Made by a program: the position numbers and the translations under genes
IMG/VR virus record: IMGVR_UViG_3300025141_000031
Source: a virus
Reading direction: 5' to 3' (one strand)
Length of the DNA: 64,000 nucleotides
The notes under the pieces: model-generated
What the model was told of the DNA's origin: nothing
The model's input: only the letters and a program-made list of their open reading frames with translations
Databases searched by the model: none
In this document: in pieces, positions 30,074 through 42,358 of the stretch
Layout: the number at the start of each line of letters is the position of its first letter
Position numbering within the stretch: the stretch's first letter is position 1

Positions 30074-30908
30074 CTTTATCTATCCAATTTTTTAATTTAA
30101 CTTCTGGTTTCCAATTTAATTTTTTATATGTATCTCTGAAATCGATTAGACTTTCAAATCTATCACCTGGTCTTTCAGGAATTAATTCATATGACATATT
30201 AAATAATTCTGCTAGTTCAAACATATTATAACTTTCTTCACTACTTAATTGATACTCATCATTTTCATTTCTTTCGGCTGCAGCTATTATCCCATTAACA
30301 GTATCTTCTACATATGTAAAATTTCTTCTTTGAGTTCCTGGCTTAACAATAGTTAATAACTTTCCATTCTTTTTCTGTTTTTCAAATATACTAATAACCG
30401 TTTCCCATCCATCACTACATGTATCATGGTATGGTCCATAATTGTTATAAAAATAACATATTGCGTATTTTAATCCAAACCATTTGCCATAATTTTTAAT
30501 TAGTTCAGTATTCTTAGCTTTTGAAAATGCATATGGAGATTCATTTGATCCGTTAGCAGAATATTTAGTACTTGAACCAGCATATACTAATTTTATATTA
30601 TTATCTTTACAATATTCTATTACCTTTGCTGTAGAGTACATATTAGTCTCAATTATCTTTTTTGTATCTTTAAAACTTGGAGCAACTTTTGAATACTCAC
30701 CTAGGTGATATACAACTTCTGGAACTTCTGGTAATTGATTTATAAACATACAATCTGTATTTATATATTCTACACCGTCTTGATGATTTTGTTCTTTACC
30801 AGATGAATAATCATCAAGACAAATAACCTTCTTACCCATGTCTACTAATCTTTTACATAGATTAGTACCTACAAATCCTGCTCCTCCTGTAACTAATGAA
30901 TAACTCAT
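30063..30908 (-). CDS. NAD-dependent epimerase/dehydratase
   Basis: TGGAGFVG, YAFSK, FYNNYG. Confidence 0.9.
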   Translation of the reverse strand: MSYSLVTGGAGFVGTNLCKRLVDMGKKVICLDDYSSGKEQNHQDGVEYINTDCMFINQLPEVPEVVYHLGEYSKVAPSFKDTKKIIETNMYSTAKVIEYCKDNNIKLVYAGSSTKYSANGSNESPYAFSKAKNTELIKNYGKWFGLKYAICYFYNNYGPYHDTCSDGWETVISIFEKQKKNGKLLTIVKPGTQRRNFTYVEDTVNGIIAAAERNENDEYQLSSEESYNMFELAELFNMSYELIPERPGDRFESLIDFRDTYKKLNWKPEVKLKNWIDKDEN

Positions 30909-31642
30909 ATCTTTCTAATCTCAGTTATTATAGTATTAATATCTTTTTGTTGTTCAATTAATTCGATTGCCTTGTCATAACATTTATTGAATAAATCATT
31001 ATTATAATCATAATCATTTTTTAATTTATTATCTCCCAATTCCCAACCTATAAGGAACATGAATCTTAACACATCTTGATTATTTACATATAACTGAGTT
31101 ACTTCTCTATGGATATCCCATTGTCCTCTTATTCTTCGTTTAACACCTTGACTAAATGATTGTATCGGTAAAGAAAAATGTCCGTGTAATCCTGATGGTG
31201 CTAACCTATCAGATTCTAATTTTTTATAACCTTCTTCTATAACATATACTCCTGTATCAAACTGTGCTTTTGCTTTAACTTTCTCGATATTAAAACTACA
31301 ATGTTTTGTTCCAAATACCATTCCAGGAACATTTTTCCATCGAAGATAATCATGTATAGGGACAATTAAACATCCAATATCTGAATCTTTAATATTATTC
31401 CAAACTTGTATTACTTTTTGTTTATCATCAAATACCATATCAGCATCTAGTTTAACAAACATATCATAATTATCTTTTTGTTCATTCCAATGTGAATATA
31501 TTGCAACATGGGCATCTTCCATAGAAAGATTTTTAACTGTGAAAAAATCTGCTATTATACCTTCTTGATCTTTAGCTGATTGTTGAGATTCTTCAAAATC
31601 TCCTTCTCCTGAATACATTGTTAAGAATAAAACTTTTATCAT
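30905..31642 (-). CDS. GT-A-like protein
   Basis: FVKLDADM; cluster context. Confidence 0.55.
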   Translation of the reverse strand: MIKVLFLTMYSGEGDFEESQQSAKDQEGIIADFFTVKNLSMEDAHVAIYSHWNEQKDNYDMFVKLDADMVFDDKQKVIQVWNNIKDSDIGCLIVPIHDYLRWKNVPGMVFGTKHCSFNIEKVKAKAQFDTGVYVIEEGYKKLESDRLAPSGLHGHFSLPIQSFSQGVKRRIRGQWDIHREVTQLYVNNQDVLRFMFLIGWELGDNKLKNDYDYNNDLFNKCYDKAIELIEQQKDINTIITEIRKI

Positions 31643-32925
31643 ACTATTTGTTCTCCAATTTGGTTAGTTTCTGCACACCAATATTTCATCTCTAAATTCG
31701 ATAATTTTAATTTTCTTTTCATTTCAACTCTATCTTCATGAGTTTTTCCAACTTTTGCAACATGCCATTCGCCGTATAATTCATTAATATAATCCATTGA
31801 ACCATCTGCAATCATTTTATCAAATACTTCCCACTCTGCTCCTTCTATATCCATTTTTAAAATAATATAATCATCTTTATTAAAGTTGTCTAATATCCAA
31901 GTACTAAAATCTATACAATCAACTTTAATAGGAGGCCTTGCATGTATATTTCCTGTTTTCTTTTCTTTAATCAATGTTGATGATAACCAATCTCCTACAT
32001 AAAAATCAGTTTCTCCATCATGTGTCCATACAGCTTTTTCATGTAAATTTATATCTTCTTTCTTATTAAGGTCTTTTATAAATTCTGGGTTACATTCGAA
32101 TGAATGTATTTCATATATATCATCATTCCAATATTTTCTAAATAAATCTACTGACATACCATTTGCAGCTCCAGCATCTATAAATACTTTTCTGTTTGGT
32201 TCTGTTTCTTGGCATTGTTTCATTATCTTGAACATTTCTTTATCAATTAAATTTTTCTCTTTAAATTTATTAATATCTTTAGGTTCATTAGGTTTAAATG
32301 CTCCAACATATATAGGCTTATCGGCTGAATTATATCTTCTATCAAATTGAGTACAACCTACATTATATTGATTATTTAATAATGAAAACCTCGGTTGTAT
32401 ATCAGGATAATAATGATGAACCATATTTACTATATTTTCATCACCTTTGTTATCTACAGCTGGATGTGCTTTATTTTCTTTCATAAAATCAATAATTAAT
32501 TTCCATATATCAACACTACTTGGTTTTACAAATATTGACCCAGTATTCCATTGTGAATCATCAATATATTTACACATTCCTATATCGCCTGGAAATTTTG
32601 GAAACTCAAATTTTTGTAATGGCCAGTCATCAAAATCATGAAACCAAAATGGTTCTGTAATTAGACCTTTATCTAATAATTCCCATATTCCATATTGTTT
32701 ATTAAAATACTTATTAAATTTACATTCATGTTCTAATCTAATTATAGTTACGCCTTTATAACTAAATCCTAGATTTGTACATATTACAATATCTTCAGGT
32801 TTCCAACCTAAACGTAAACTGTTATCTACTTGAGCTCGAAAATATTTAAATAATTCTGCTTGTTGCCATTGATGGCCGTATGTCACATCATTAACAAAAT
32901 CTTGAAATATAACTACATTTTTCAT
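31639..32925 (-). CDS. GT-A domain fused to FkbM-family methyltransferase
   Basis: HDFDD, WNTGSIF, DE; IDAGAANG, SFEC, LKMDIEGAE. Confidence 0.8.
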   Translation of the reverse strand: MKNVVIFQDFVNDVTYGHQWQQAELFKYFRAQVDNSLRLGWKPEDIVICTNLGFSYKGVTIIRLEHECKFNKYFNKQYGIWELLDKGLITEPFWFHDFDDWPLQKFEFPKFPGDIGMCKYIDDSQWNTGSIFVKPSSVDIWKLIIDFMKENKAHPAVDNKGDENIVNMVHHYYPDIQPRFSLLNNQYNVGCTQFDRRYNSADKPIYVGAFKPNEPKDINKFKEKNLIDKEMFKIMKQCQETEPNRKVFIDAGAANGMSVDLFRKYWNDDIYEIHSFECNPEFIKDLNKKEDINLHEKAVWTHDGETDFYVGDWLSSTLIKEKKTGNIHARPPIKVDCIDFSTWILDNFNKDDYIILKMDIEGAEWEVFDKMIADGSMDYINELYGEWHVAKVGKTHEDRVEMKRKLKLSNLEMKYWCAETNQIGEQIV

Positions 32926-33548
32926 ATTGTTTCATAGAATGCATTTTGTTTTTCTTGCCTTCCAATATCTTTCGGATGATATAAACAAAACTTTTCTTCT
33001 GCTGGTAGGTTTGCAAATTTAGTATAACCTTTTAATTGTTCATGTACTGGTTTTATCCAATATATATTTTCATCATTTCTATAGACTCTCATTTGCCAAT
33101 CAGGAAAATTAACCCAACCATCATCACTAACTCTCCAACCCCATTTAGCTATATGGTCATCTGTAATTCCTGCTACTGTATTTACTCTTGGCACCCAATA
33201 TGCTTCTACATCTGAGTTTGATTCTAGAATAAATGGTAAAGCTTCTATTAAATATTCATTTGGTATTTCGTCCGCATCTATTTGGAATATCCAATTACCA
33301 TCACAATTTTTATTCAAATTATTTTTATATGCTGCAAAGTTTTTATTTAACGCACATTCAATAAGTTTATATTCATCAAATGGTTTATTTTCAAACCTTT
33401 CGCATGCACCCCATACTTCTTTAGTTGCTGCTGTGTCCATTTGGACTACAACTTGATCTTCTTTTCTTTTGTGCTCAAATAAAAATGTTAATAATTTGTC
33501 TATTTCTTTATGTTCATTACATACTGTAATTGCGTAACTTATTTTCAT
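32922..33548 (-). CDS. GT2 glycosyltransferase
   Basis: ISYAITVCNE, IDADE, PDWQMR, VHE. Confidence 0.88.
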   Translation of the reverse strand: MKISYAITVCNEHKEIDKLLTFLFEHKRKEDQVVVQMDTAATKEVWGACERFENKPFDEYKLIECALNKNFAAYKNNLNKNCDGNWIFQIDADEIPNEYLIEALPFILESNSDVEAYWVPRVNTVAGITDDHIAKWGWRVSDDGWVNFPDWQMRVYRNDENIYWIKPVHEQLKGYTKFANLPAEEKFCLYHPKDIGRQEKQNAFYETI

Positions 33549-34138
33549 ATCTGGTTATCCTTTTTAAATTTTTCTACTTCGGAATTAACTTCAGCCATGG
33601 CTGCACCCATTAATGAATAGAATTCATCAATAGCTGTCTTGAATTCATTTCTTTCAAATGTTTTTGCATTGTCAATATCTACAATATGTGTATGATATTC
33701 TTCTTTATTATCTTCACAAGGATATTTTAGTCTTTCTTCTCCTGTTAACTCTTTTACGAATGCAAGTTTCCATACATAATCATCTTTTGTAATTCCGTCT
33801 GCATATAAACATGCTACATGAGTCCTCATAGTTGATAAATACCAAACTTGATTCAATAAGGGATCTACATATTTTGTATCTTTATACAATTGCGGAATAA
33901 ATTTTTCATATTGACCTATTGCACGAGCACCAACTGTAAATCTATCTGTTGTAGTCATTCCTGATTCCATACATATACGAGATTCCATTCCGGTTTTCTC
34001 ATCTGCTTCAATTAATACACATTTGTTTCCTGTGAATGGTGATATGTCATCATATTCTAATTTAAGATTTGTCCCATTGGTCTCTCTGATTTCTACTCCT
34101 TCAGGAGATTCTACTTTTGTTGTTTTTATTTTTTTCAT
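33545..34138 (-). CDS. Hypothetical protein
   Basis: ORF in operon. Confidence 0.7.
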   Translation of the reverse strand: MKKIKTTKVESPEGVEIRETNGTNLKLEYDDISPFTGNKCVLIEADEKTGMESRICMESGMTTTDRFTVGARAIGQYEKFIPQLYKDTKYVDPLLNQVWYLSTMRTHVACLYADGITKDDYVWKLAFVKELTGEERLKYPCEDNKEEYHTHIVDIDNAKTFERNEFKTAIDEFYSLMGAAMAEVNSEVEKFKKDNQI

Positions 34139-35493
34139 ACGTTAACCTTTTTTAATTTTGGTAATTTAATTTTTGGTGGTGAATCATTTTGTCCAGAATT
34201 ATTTAATTTTGGTAGAGTTAATTCTACTCGTTCTGGCTGAGCATATTTACCTAATATCTCAGTAAACTTTTCTGTCATTTTCTCTAGACTAAAATTAGTA
34301 CGAGAATAATAACCTTGTTTTCTTGATCGTTCTAAATATTTTTTATAATGCTTAAATACATCTTTAAGTATTTTAGAAGCATATTGATATTGTACTGTAA
34401 ACCATTTTGATTCTTTCATTATAAATCTATCAGCTGCGGATGGATGTACTTGAGTTAATTGTCCTGGTAACAATGTTGTATATTCGTTATGTAAGAAATC
34501 TAAATGGCCTGACCAATTTGAAACTATTATTGGTTTACCTGTTAATGAAAATTCTAATAACGGTCTTCCAAATCCTTCACCTTTAGTAAATGATACCATT
34601 GCTTTTACTTTAGGATGATTATATAATGAATTCATTTCAGCATCTGATAAATCTCCGTGTAGTAAATATACATTTGGTGCATTATTACCGTATCCTTTTA
34701 GAATAGAAGCTATTTTAGCCATTAACATATCTCTATCTATTATACTAAAAGTCGCTCCTGAAACTTTAAGTATTAAACCTGGTCGTTTTGATGTGCCTGT
34801 ATTTTTAAATGTTTCTAGGAATGTCTTAATAGTCATTCCAATATCCTTTCTATCTTCTCCGATATCACCTTTAATCCAATGTCCTACCACTAGAAAACAA
34901 AAAGATTCTTTTAGTTGTGCCAATTCATCAACTACAGGTTTATCCAATTCATGTACTTTTTTATAAACATCTAGATCTGCACCTTCAAATAACTCTTCTA
35001 TAGGAGTAGTAATTTTTAATTCATCTTCCTTTTGTTTAGTTTGTTCATTTACTTTGTCCCATATAGTTTGTTTAATTATAGTCGATGTATGTTTAGATGT
35101 AGTAATAACTAAATCCATTCTATTACATCCTTGTATACAATCTGCAGGCATTACATTTGATTCTACACCTGCTGTAATTCCAATATTAAATTTACCTGGT
35201 CTTACTTCCGTTTTACCATCAGGAGCCATACAGAATTCGTTTGGAACTGATATTTGTATAAAAATATCTGGTTGTCGGTCAAACTTATCGTTTACAATAC
35301 AATCAATTATCGGTTTATCTTTTGGATCTAATTCATTTAATGCTGTCATTGGACAGTGTCCCCAACGCATTGAAATAATTTTTAGATCATATTTATCCAT
35401 TGCAATTAAACTTCTTGCAATATCTCTTGTATGGTTTCCATACCCAGATCTAGTTGCTACTGGTCCTTGTATTACTACTAACGGTTTTATCAT
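34135..35493 (-). CDS. GT4 glycosyltransferase
   Basis: SGYG, RKD, GEGFGRPLLE, WSGHLDF. Confidence 0.9.
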   Translation of the reverse strand: MIKPLVVIQGPVATRSGYGNHTRDIARSLIAMDKYDLKIISMRWGHCPMTALNELDPKDKPIIDCIVNDKFDRQPDIFIQISVPNEFCMAPDGKTEVRPGKFNIGITAGVESNVMPADCIQGCNRMDLVITTSKHTSTIIKQTIWDKVNEQTKQKEDELKITTPIEELFEGADLDVYKKVHELDKPVVDELAQLKESFCFLVVGHWIKGDIGEDRKDIGMTIKTFLETFKNTGTSKRPGLILKVSGATFSIIDRDMLMAKIASILKGYGNNAPNVYLLHGDLSDAEMNSLYNHPKVKAMVSFTKGEGFGRPLLEFSLTGKPIIVSNWSGHLDFLHNEYTTLLPGQLTQVHPSAADRFIMKESKWFTVQYQYASKILKDVFKHYKKYLERSRKQGYYSRTNFSLEKMTEKFTEILGKYAQPERVELTLPKLNNSGQNDSPPKIKLPKLKKVNV

Positions 35494-36947
35494 GTTATAA
35501 CTCCTGGTTGTTCTATTTTATTAGTTTTTTCCATTTTATATAATGTAAATCTTTTTCTTGGCGTCCAATTTTTAAAACAAGTATCAATTGAAGTTTCCAT
35601 TAATTTACACATCTTTTTTGCTGACATATGTGATTCATCTCCCATTACCCATTCATGTCCTTCCATACCACGTTTTTGTCTTTCTTCTATAGGCATATCA
35701 TACCAATATTTAATAGCATTTGCTACATCTCTGAAATCACATCTATCATCGAATATATAAGGTGTCATTGGAGAACCTTGTACTGATCTATTTGATGGAA
35801 ATACTGCTTTTGCCCATCTTGCATGTTTCTTATATGTACCATCATGGTTACTTGGAAATTCTGATGTAAATTCTATCCATTTACCATTTTCATCTTCAAA
35901 TCTCATTTGGTCTTGTAACCCACCAGTAGTATTATTAACAATAGGAGTTCCAATCATTAATGACTCAGCTCCTGATAATCCAAATCCTTCGTTAGATGCT
36001 ATATTTACTGTTACATCAGACATATTATAAAAATATCTTAATTGTTTTAAATCTACTCCGCCATTTGTAACATGTATTTTATAATCAGGACATAATGCCA
36101 TTTTAACTGCTCCTAAATCTGTTCCATTATCATCTCTTGCTTGTGTATTCATTAATAATATACATCTATCTGATTGTTCTTTTGGTAATGTATCACAGAA
36201 TGTTTTATATGCAAGAATTAAATCACCTGGGTTCTTCCTTCTTATATTTCTATTGTTCCAAAATATTACAAAATCAACTTCATGTCTTTTCTTAAAACTA
36301 TCCTGAAATGTATTAAATTCATTCCATTCAGATGATAATTCATTAATTGGATAAAATTCTTTTTCATTAATACCATGAGGAATCCATTGAACTGCCCAAT
36401 CTGGTTTAGGATATTTTCTTAAAACGTTTTTTACAATATTTTGAGTTTGTCTTGATATATTCATTATCAAATCACAAGATTCATAATATGGCTCATTCCA
36501 GAATGGATAAGGAAGATCATCCCAAATATTCAAATACATTAAAGGCAATGTCTGTCTTATATCATGTTCTATTGAATACAACCAACCCCAAAATCTTGGA
36601 TCTGTAAAATGTAGTATTGCATCTGGTTTTTCTATTCTTATAATTTCACGTAACTTAGATTCATTTCCATAACCACTTGAAGCATATATCTTACAATATG
36701 CATATTCTACACCTGTTTGTTTTGCAACATCTGCAGAAATGTCAAATACTTGATTCTCTTGTGGATGTTTTACAGCTGCTCCTAATTGTACCCAATCATA
36801 TTTATCCATAGTTCCGAAGACAAAGTCTCTAGAGACATTTGCAATACCCGAGTGCATTCGTAAATCATCACTTAATAGTAATATTTTTGGTTTCTTTACC
36901 CTGTTTGGGTCTATTTTTTTTAACTTTGGTAACTTTAATGGTTCCAT
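35490..36947 (-). CDS. GT4 glycosyltransferase
   Basis: SGIA, PHG, RNIRRK, EGFGLSGAES, GGLQD. Confidence 0.9.
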   Translation of the reverse strand: MEPLKLPKLKKIDPNRVKKPKILLLSDDLRMHSGIANVSRDFVFGTMDKYDWVQLGAAVKHPQENQVFDISADVAKQTGVEYAYCKIYASSGYGNESKLREIIRIEKPDAILHFTDPRFWGWLYSIEHDIRQTLPLMYLNIWDDLPYPFWNEPYYESCDLIMNISRQTQNIVKNVLRKYPKPDWAVQWIPHGINEKEFYPINELSSEWNEFNTFQDSFKKRHEVDFVIFWNNRNIRRKNPGDLILAYKTFCDTLPKEQSDRCILLMNTQARDDNGTDLGAVKMALCPDYKIHVTNGGVDLKQLRYFYNMSDVTVNIASNEGFGLSGAESLMIGTPIVNNTTGGLQDQMRFEDENGKWIEFTSEFPSNHDGTYKKHARWAKAVFPSNRSVQGSPMTPYIFDDRCDFRDVANAIKYWYDMPIEERQKRGMEGHEWVMGDESHMSAKKMCKLMETSIDTCFKNWTPRKRFTLYKMEKTNKIEQPGVIT

Positions 36948-37001
36948 ATTAATCTCCTATAACCGTTCTTTTAATTTAATATAAATATGCTTTTACCTAC
37001 T

Positions 37002-37187
37002 TTAACCTTTCATTTTCTTGAAGATAAATTTGTCGATTGGATAAAAAATTATCGCTCCTACAAATTGAAATCCAATTACTGTTGCTAAATTTGACCAACC
37101 TAATATATCTGAGAACAGATACATACATGGCCAGGATACAATTATACCTAATTGCCATTTAGCGTGATATGTTAAATACTTTTTCAT
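37002..37187 (-). CDS. Small two-TM membrane protein (GtrA-like half)
   Basis: Two hydrophobic helices. Confidence 0.55.
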   Translation of the reverse strand: MKKYLTYHAKWQLGIIVSWPCMYLFSDILGWSNLATVIGFQFVGAIIFYPIDKFIFKKMKG

Positions 37188-37585
37188 GTTATTATTGTTA
37201 CTGGTTTCTTTAACTTTTTAGCATTCTTAATTGCACTCATACTACCATTTGAATCACATCCAGTTGGAATAAATGCCATCATCACATCACAATCTCTTGC
37301 TATCAACATATTTCTATGATGAAATTGAGATACATGATATGGTTTATTGTAATAATTATCAGTCATAGCTGAATATAAGTTTTTTGTTGTATGTGCTGGA
37401 TTAAATTCTTTATAGTTAATTCCAAACTCTAATGCATATTTTCTTGCAAATTTATCTGCTCCATCTTTTGCTCCACCAGATACTATAATTAAATCATCAC
37501 CGAATTTTTGTTTTAATTGGAATAACGTATCTTTTACTTTACGAGTATTTTCATACATCCGACTACCTATTATTGCTACTTTCAT
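37184..37585 (-). CDS. SLOG family (DUF2493/YspA-like) protein
   Basis: IIGSR, VSGGAKDGAD, RN, SNGS. Confidence 0.8.
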   Translation of the reverse strand: MKVAIIGSRMYENTRKVKDTLFQLKQKFGDDLIIVSGGAKDGADKFARKYALEFGINYKEFNPAHTTKNLYSAMTDNYYNKPYHVSQFHHRNMLIARDCDVMMAFIPTGCDSNGSMSAIKNAKKLKKPVTIIT

Positions 37586-38517
37586 TCCTTAATTCTTTTA
37601 TGTGGTGGACATAAAGTTGGTTGGTCTTTAAATTCACACCATTTACAATGTTTATTATTTTTGCCTGCAGATGAAACATATTGTTTATCTATGATATATG
37701 AACCATCTGAATTAAAATTATTATCTACAAATGACTCAATTGAATTAGTTAATTTGTTTCTGGTTGGCTTACCACTTGCAGGCATGAATTCTGTAATACG
37801 TTTTTGTGGAAACATTGCTCCTTCAATTAACTTACGTTTTACAATCATATATTTGATATTAATTTTTTCTACATCAAATCCGTATTGTTCTGCAAAATAC
37901 TTTTTATATAATACTAGTTGAGATGTTTTCGTTTTATCTGCTTTTTGATATTTATTCCACCCCATTGTTGACGTCTTAATATCAATAATTGTTATCGTAC
38001 CATCTCTCTTATCCCTAACTACAACATCTAAATAACCCAACATCATTACTTTATCATTTGTTTCATTGACTGGATGATATATAGGAACTTCAATTCCTAT
38101 TAACTCTTCATTTTTAGCAGAAAAATATTGTCCTCTTTTCTTTTTGAACCAGTCAAGTATTGCAACTCCATCTGAATAAAATTCGTTCATTTCTCTTTGG
38201 GTACTAAAATGTTCGCCCATTTTTTCAACAGCTTCTTTATATAAAGAATGCATTTGATCAGCTAGATATTTATTAATATCAATTTGATTTGCCTTAGTAA
38301 CAGATTGTTCAAACATTACAGTTAAATAATTTTGTAATGTTTCATGAAATGCTGTTCCGAATATAGTATGTATTGATTGACTAAAAGTTCTTAACCCTTT
38401 AACATATGCTAATTCCCAATGTTTTGGACAGGTTGAATACATTGCAAATTGTGAGTATGATATTCTTTTATCACCTTTTGCAGGTTCTCTTTGGTTGTAT
38501 TTCAGGAACTTATTCAT
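37582..38517 (-). CDS. PD-(D/E)XK nuclease, RecB/Cas4-like with Fe-S staple
   Basis: SYSQ..CP, GTAFH, E, GYLD, IDIKT, QLVLY, CKWC...C. Confidence 0.88.
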   Translation of the reverse strand: MNKFLKYNQREPAKGDKRISYSQFAMYSTCPKHWELAYVKGLRTFSQSIHTIFGTAFHETLQNYLTVMFEQSVTKANQIDINKYLADQMHSLYKEAVEKMGEHFSTQREMNEFYSDGVAILDWFKKKRGQYFSAKNEELIGIEVPIYHPVNETNDKVMMLGYLDVVVRDKRDGTITIIDIKTSTMGWNKYQKADKTKTSQLVLYKKYFAEQYGFDVEKINIKYMIVKRKLIEGAMFPQKRITEFMPASGKPTRNKLTNSIESFVDNNFNSDGSYIIDKQYVSSAGKNNKHCKWCEFKDQPTLCPPHKRIKE

Positions 38518-38521
38518 ATTA

Positions 38522-38553
38522 TTAATATAAGTAAAAAATCTCGTAATTCCTAA
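38522..38553 (-). promoter_or_regulatory. Bacteroidota-type promoter TTAG-N20-TATATTAA
   Basis: Same architecture as the other eight copies. Confidence 0.65.
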
Positions 38554-38946
38554 TTATTTACCCCATACCTTCTTGGAAACTATCTGAGCAATAATACCAT
38601 AAACTGATAGGTCTTGGAACGTATCTTTTTCAGATTCTCCTACTTCATCTTTATGACCTAATATAATTAATTGTTTTAATCTTTGTACTTTATCATTTAT
38701 CCTAAACCATAAACCAGTTAATGATAATTTTACATCACCATCTGTTTTTAAATCAGTTCCTATTGATATGTTACCAGGTCCATAATTCTTTTGTTTCTTA
38801 CAAAATAAAACATATTGATCATTTAATATTTGTTTAAATTCTTTACATGTTTCTGGATAATTTTGTTCACAGTAATCTACTGCTGCATTTCCTGTTGATT
38901 CTGTTTCTTTGAAATCTACTCTAGGTGTATCTTTAATTGCTCTCAT
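38554..38946 (-). CDS. Nucleotide modification-associated domain 1 (DUF1599) protein
   Basis: KKQKNYG, RINDKVQRL, ESEKDTFQDLSVYGII. Confidence 0.8.
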   Translation of the reverse strand: MRAIKDTPRVDFKETESTGNAAVDYCEQNYPETCKEFKQILNDQYVLFCKKQKNYGPGNISIGTDLKTDGDVKLSLTGLWFRINDKVQRLKQLIILGHKDEVGESEKDTFQDLSVYGIIAQIVSKKVWGK

Positions 38947-39389
38947 TTTAATAACTTTTTTATTTCTTTTTCTGTTTTACCATATAACTCTAACATATTA
39001 ATAAGATTTTGTACTCCCATAGTTGTATGTTTAAACAAACTTATATATGTTTCCGCTTCGCGAGAATTAATTTCATAGTGGTCTTTTACTATCTTAACAA
39101 GTTCTTTATTATACTTATCCACCTTTTTTCCCTTAATATACTTCGCTCTAACATTAGCATTCGGTAATATCTCATAATATAATTGATATACATGTTTTTT
39201 ACTTAAAGGACCGATTGTATATTGTTGGAATAAATCAATCGTTTCAATTAAGTCAGGATGCATCGACAACCATCTATTAATAATATATGGAGTAAATGAC
39301 TTTTGATCGGTTTCTGACAATTGATTCCATTCTTTTTTCTTATGAGTCAATTGTGTTATATGATCAAATATTGTAGCTGGCTTTTTCAT
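38943..39389 (-). CDS. Clamp-loader small subunit (T4 gp62-like)
   Basis: FDHI...FTPYIINRWLS...KYIK pattern; near the gp44/gp45-like genes. Confidence 0.7.
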   Translation of the reverse strand: MKKPATIFDHITQLTHKKKEWNQLSETDQKSFTPYIINRWLSMHPDLIETIDLFQQYTIGPLSKKHVYQLYYEILPNANVRAKYIKGKKVDKYNKELVKIVKDHYEINSREAETYISLFKHTTMGVQNLINMLELYGKTEKEIKKLLK

Positions 39390-39390
39390 A

Positions 39391-39552
39391 TTATTTTAAT
39401 ATACTTTTACCTAATATTAAAGGTGATGCATCTTTATGCATCAATATATGAAAGCAATTTGATTTTTCTCTAATAATTAATTTCTTATCTTTATACGTCC
39501 GATAATTTTTATATACGTATTCCGTTACTTGTTCTATAGTTTTTTCATTCAT
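39391..39552 (-). CDS. Small hypothetical protein (53 aa, MNEKTIEQVTEYV...GKSILK)
   Basis: Manual translation; fills the gap between groEL and the next gene. Confidence 0.55.
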   Translation of the reverse strand: MNEKTIEQVTEYVYKNYRTYKDKKLIIREKSNCFHILMHKDASPLILGKSILK

Positions 39553-39553
39553 A

Positions 39554-41149
<1,596 letters not shown>

Positions 41150-41174
41150 TTATTTATTTTTAATTGTTATTAAT

Positions 41175-41423
41175 TTATTTACTTTTTACTGGTAAGAATT
41201 CTTTATTAATATGTCCACATTCATCACATCTAAATACTGGTACTGGAATGATTTGTTCCTTACCAGTAGGTGATACTAATGGTGATATCTTCTTAAATGC
41301 ACTTACTTGTCTGAAAAATTTTCCTTCGCAATTTTCACAAACAATATCTGTTAAATCATTAAGATCTAACTTTACTTTTGTTTTTGGTTGGTCTTTTCCA
41401 CCCATTCCTATAACTTTTCCCAT
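41175..41423 (-). CDS. Zinc-ribbon protein
   Basis: CENC...CDEC. Confidence 0.75.
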   Translation of the reverse strand: MGKVIGMGGKDQPKTKVKLDLNDLTDIVCENCEGKFFRQVSAFKKISPLVSPTGKEQIIPVPVFRCDECGHINKEFLPVKSK

Positions 41424-41430
41424 TTTTTCC

Positions 41431-42357
41431 CTATTTTAATTCATTAATTAGTTTGACCATAGTGGCCATGATATGTATTTCTTTATCAACTGCAAATGCA
41501 TCTTGATATTGTGATTCAGCTAATATCAATATAACACTTGCAATATGTCCTTTTGCATATTCATCTATCTCATCAAATAAAAATTTATATAATGCAGTAA
41601 AATCTCTTACCTTACTATCATTTATTAATTGACGTATACTTTGAAAACATGTTTTCTTATCTTCTTTTTGTAAGATATTTAATAATTTAGTCATATAATT
41701 TGCTTGAACTAAACTCTCTTTATCTATTTCTAATTTACCTTTTATTACTTGTCTTTGAGCTGAATTAAGAACTCTTCTAATATCTGGATACCCACTATTG
41801 ATTAGAGTTACCAGATCTTCCATTTTAAATTCTACATTCTCATCTTTTAAGATTTCAACAATCCTTTTTGCTACTTCTTTTTTATTAGGTGGAGTGATTC
41901 CAAATACTTGACATCTAGATTGTATCGGGTCTATTATCTTTTCAACATAATTACATGTTAATATAAATCTAGTTGTTTTAGAAAATGTTTCCATTAGATT
42001 TCTTAATGCAGCTTGACCATTTGGAGTCATATAATCTGCTTCATCTAATATAACAATTTTCCATCGCTTAAATCCAATTGTACTTGCAAAATTCTTTACC
42101 TTGGTTCTAACAGTATCAACATTATTCTCATCAGATGCATTTATATACATGATATCTGCGTCTACATTACCTGCAATTATCTTAGCTAATGTTGTCTTAC
42201 CAGTTCCAGCTCCTCCATAAAATAATAAATGAGGAACATCTCCATTTTCAAGATATAACTTTACTTTGCTAATAACTAATTCATTACCAACATATCCATC
42301 TAATGTACTTGGTCGAAACTTTTCAACCCATAATGTATTTTCTACGTTTCCAAACAT
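41431..42357 (-). CDS. Clamp loader AAA+ subunit (gp44/RFC-like)
   Basis: WVEKFRP, GAGTGKTT, NASD, LDEAD, SRC. Confidence 0.95.
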   Translation of the reverse strand: MFGNVENTLWVEKFRPSTLDGYVGNELVISKVKLYLENGDVPHLLFYGGAGTGKTTLAKIIAGNVDADIMYINASDENNVDTVRTKVKNFASTIGFKRWKIVILDEADYMTPNGQAALRNLMETFSKTTRFILTCNYVEKIIDPIQSRCQVFGITPPNKKEVAKRIVEILKDENVEFKMEDLVTLINSGYPDIRRVLNSAQRQVIKGKLEIDKESLVQANYMTKLLNILQKEDKKTCFQSIRQLINDSKVRDFTALYKFLFDEIDEYAKGHIASVILILAESQYQDAFAVDKEIHIMATMVKLINELK

Positions 42358-42358
42358 A

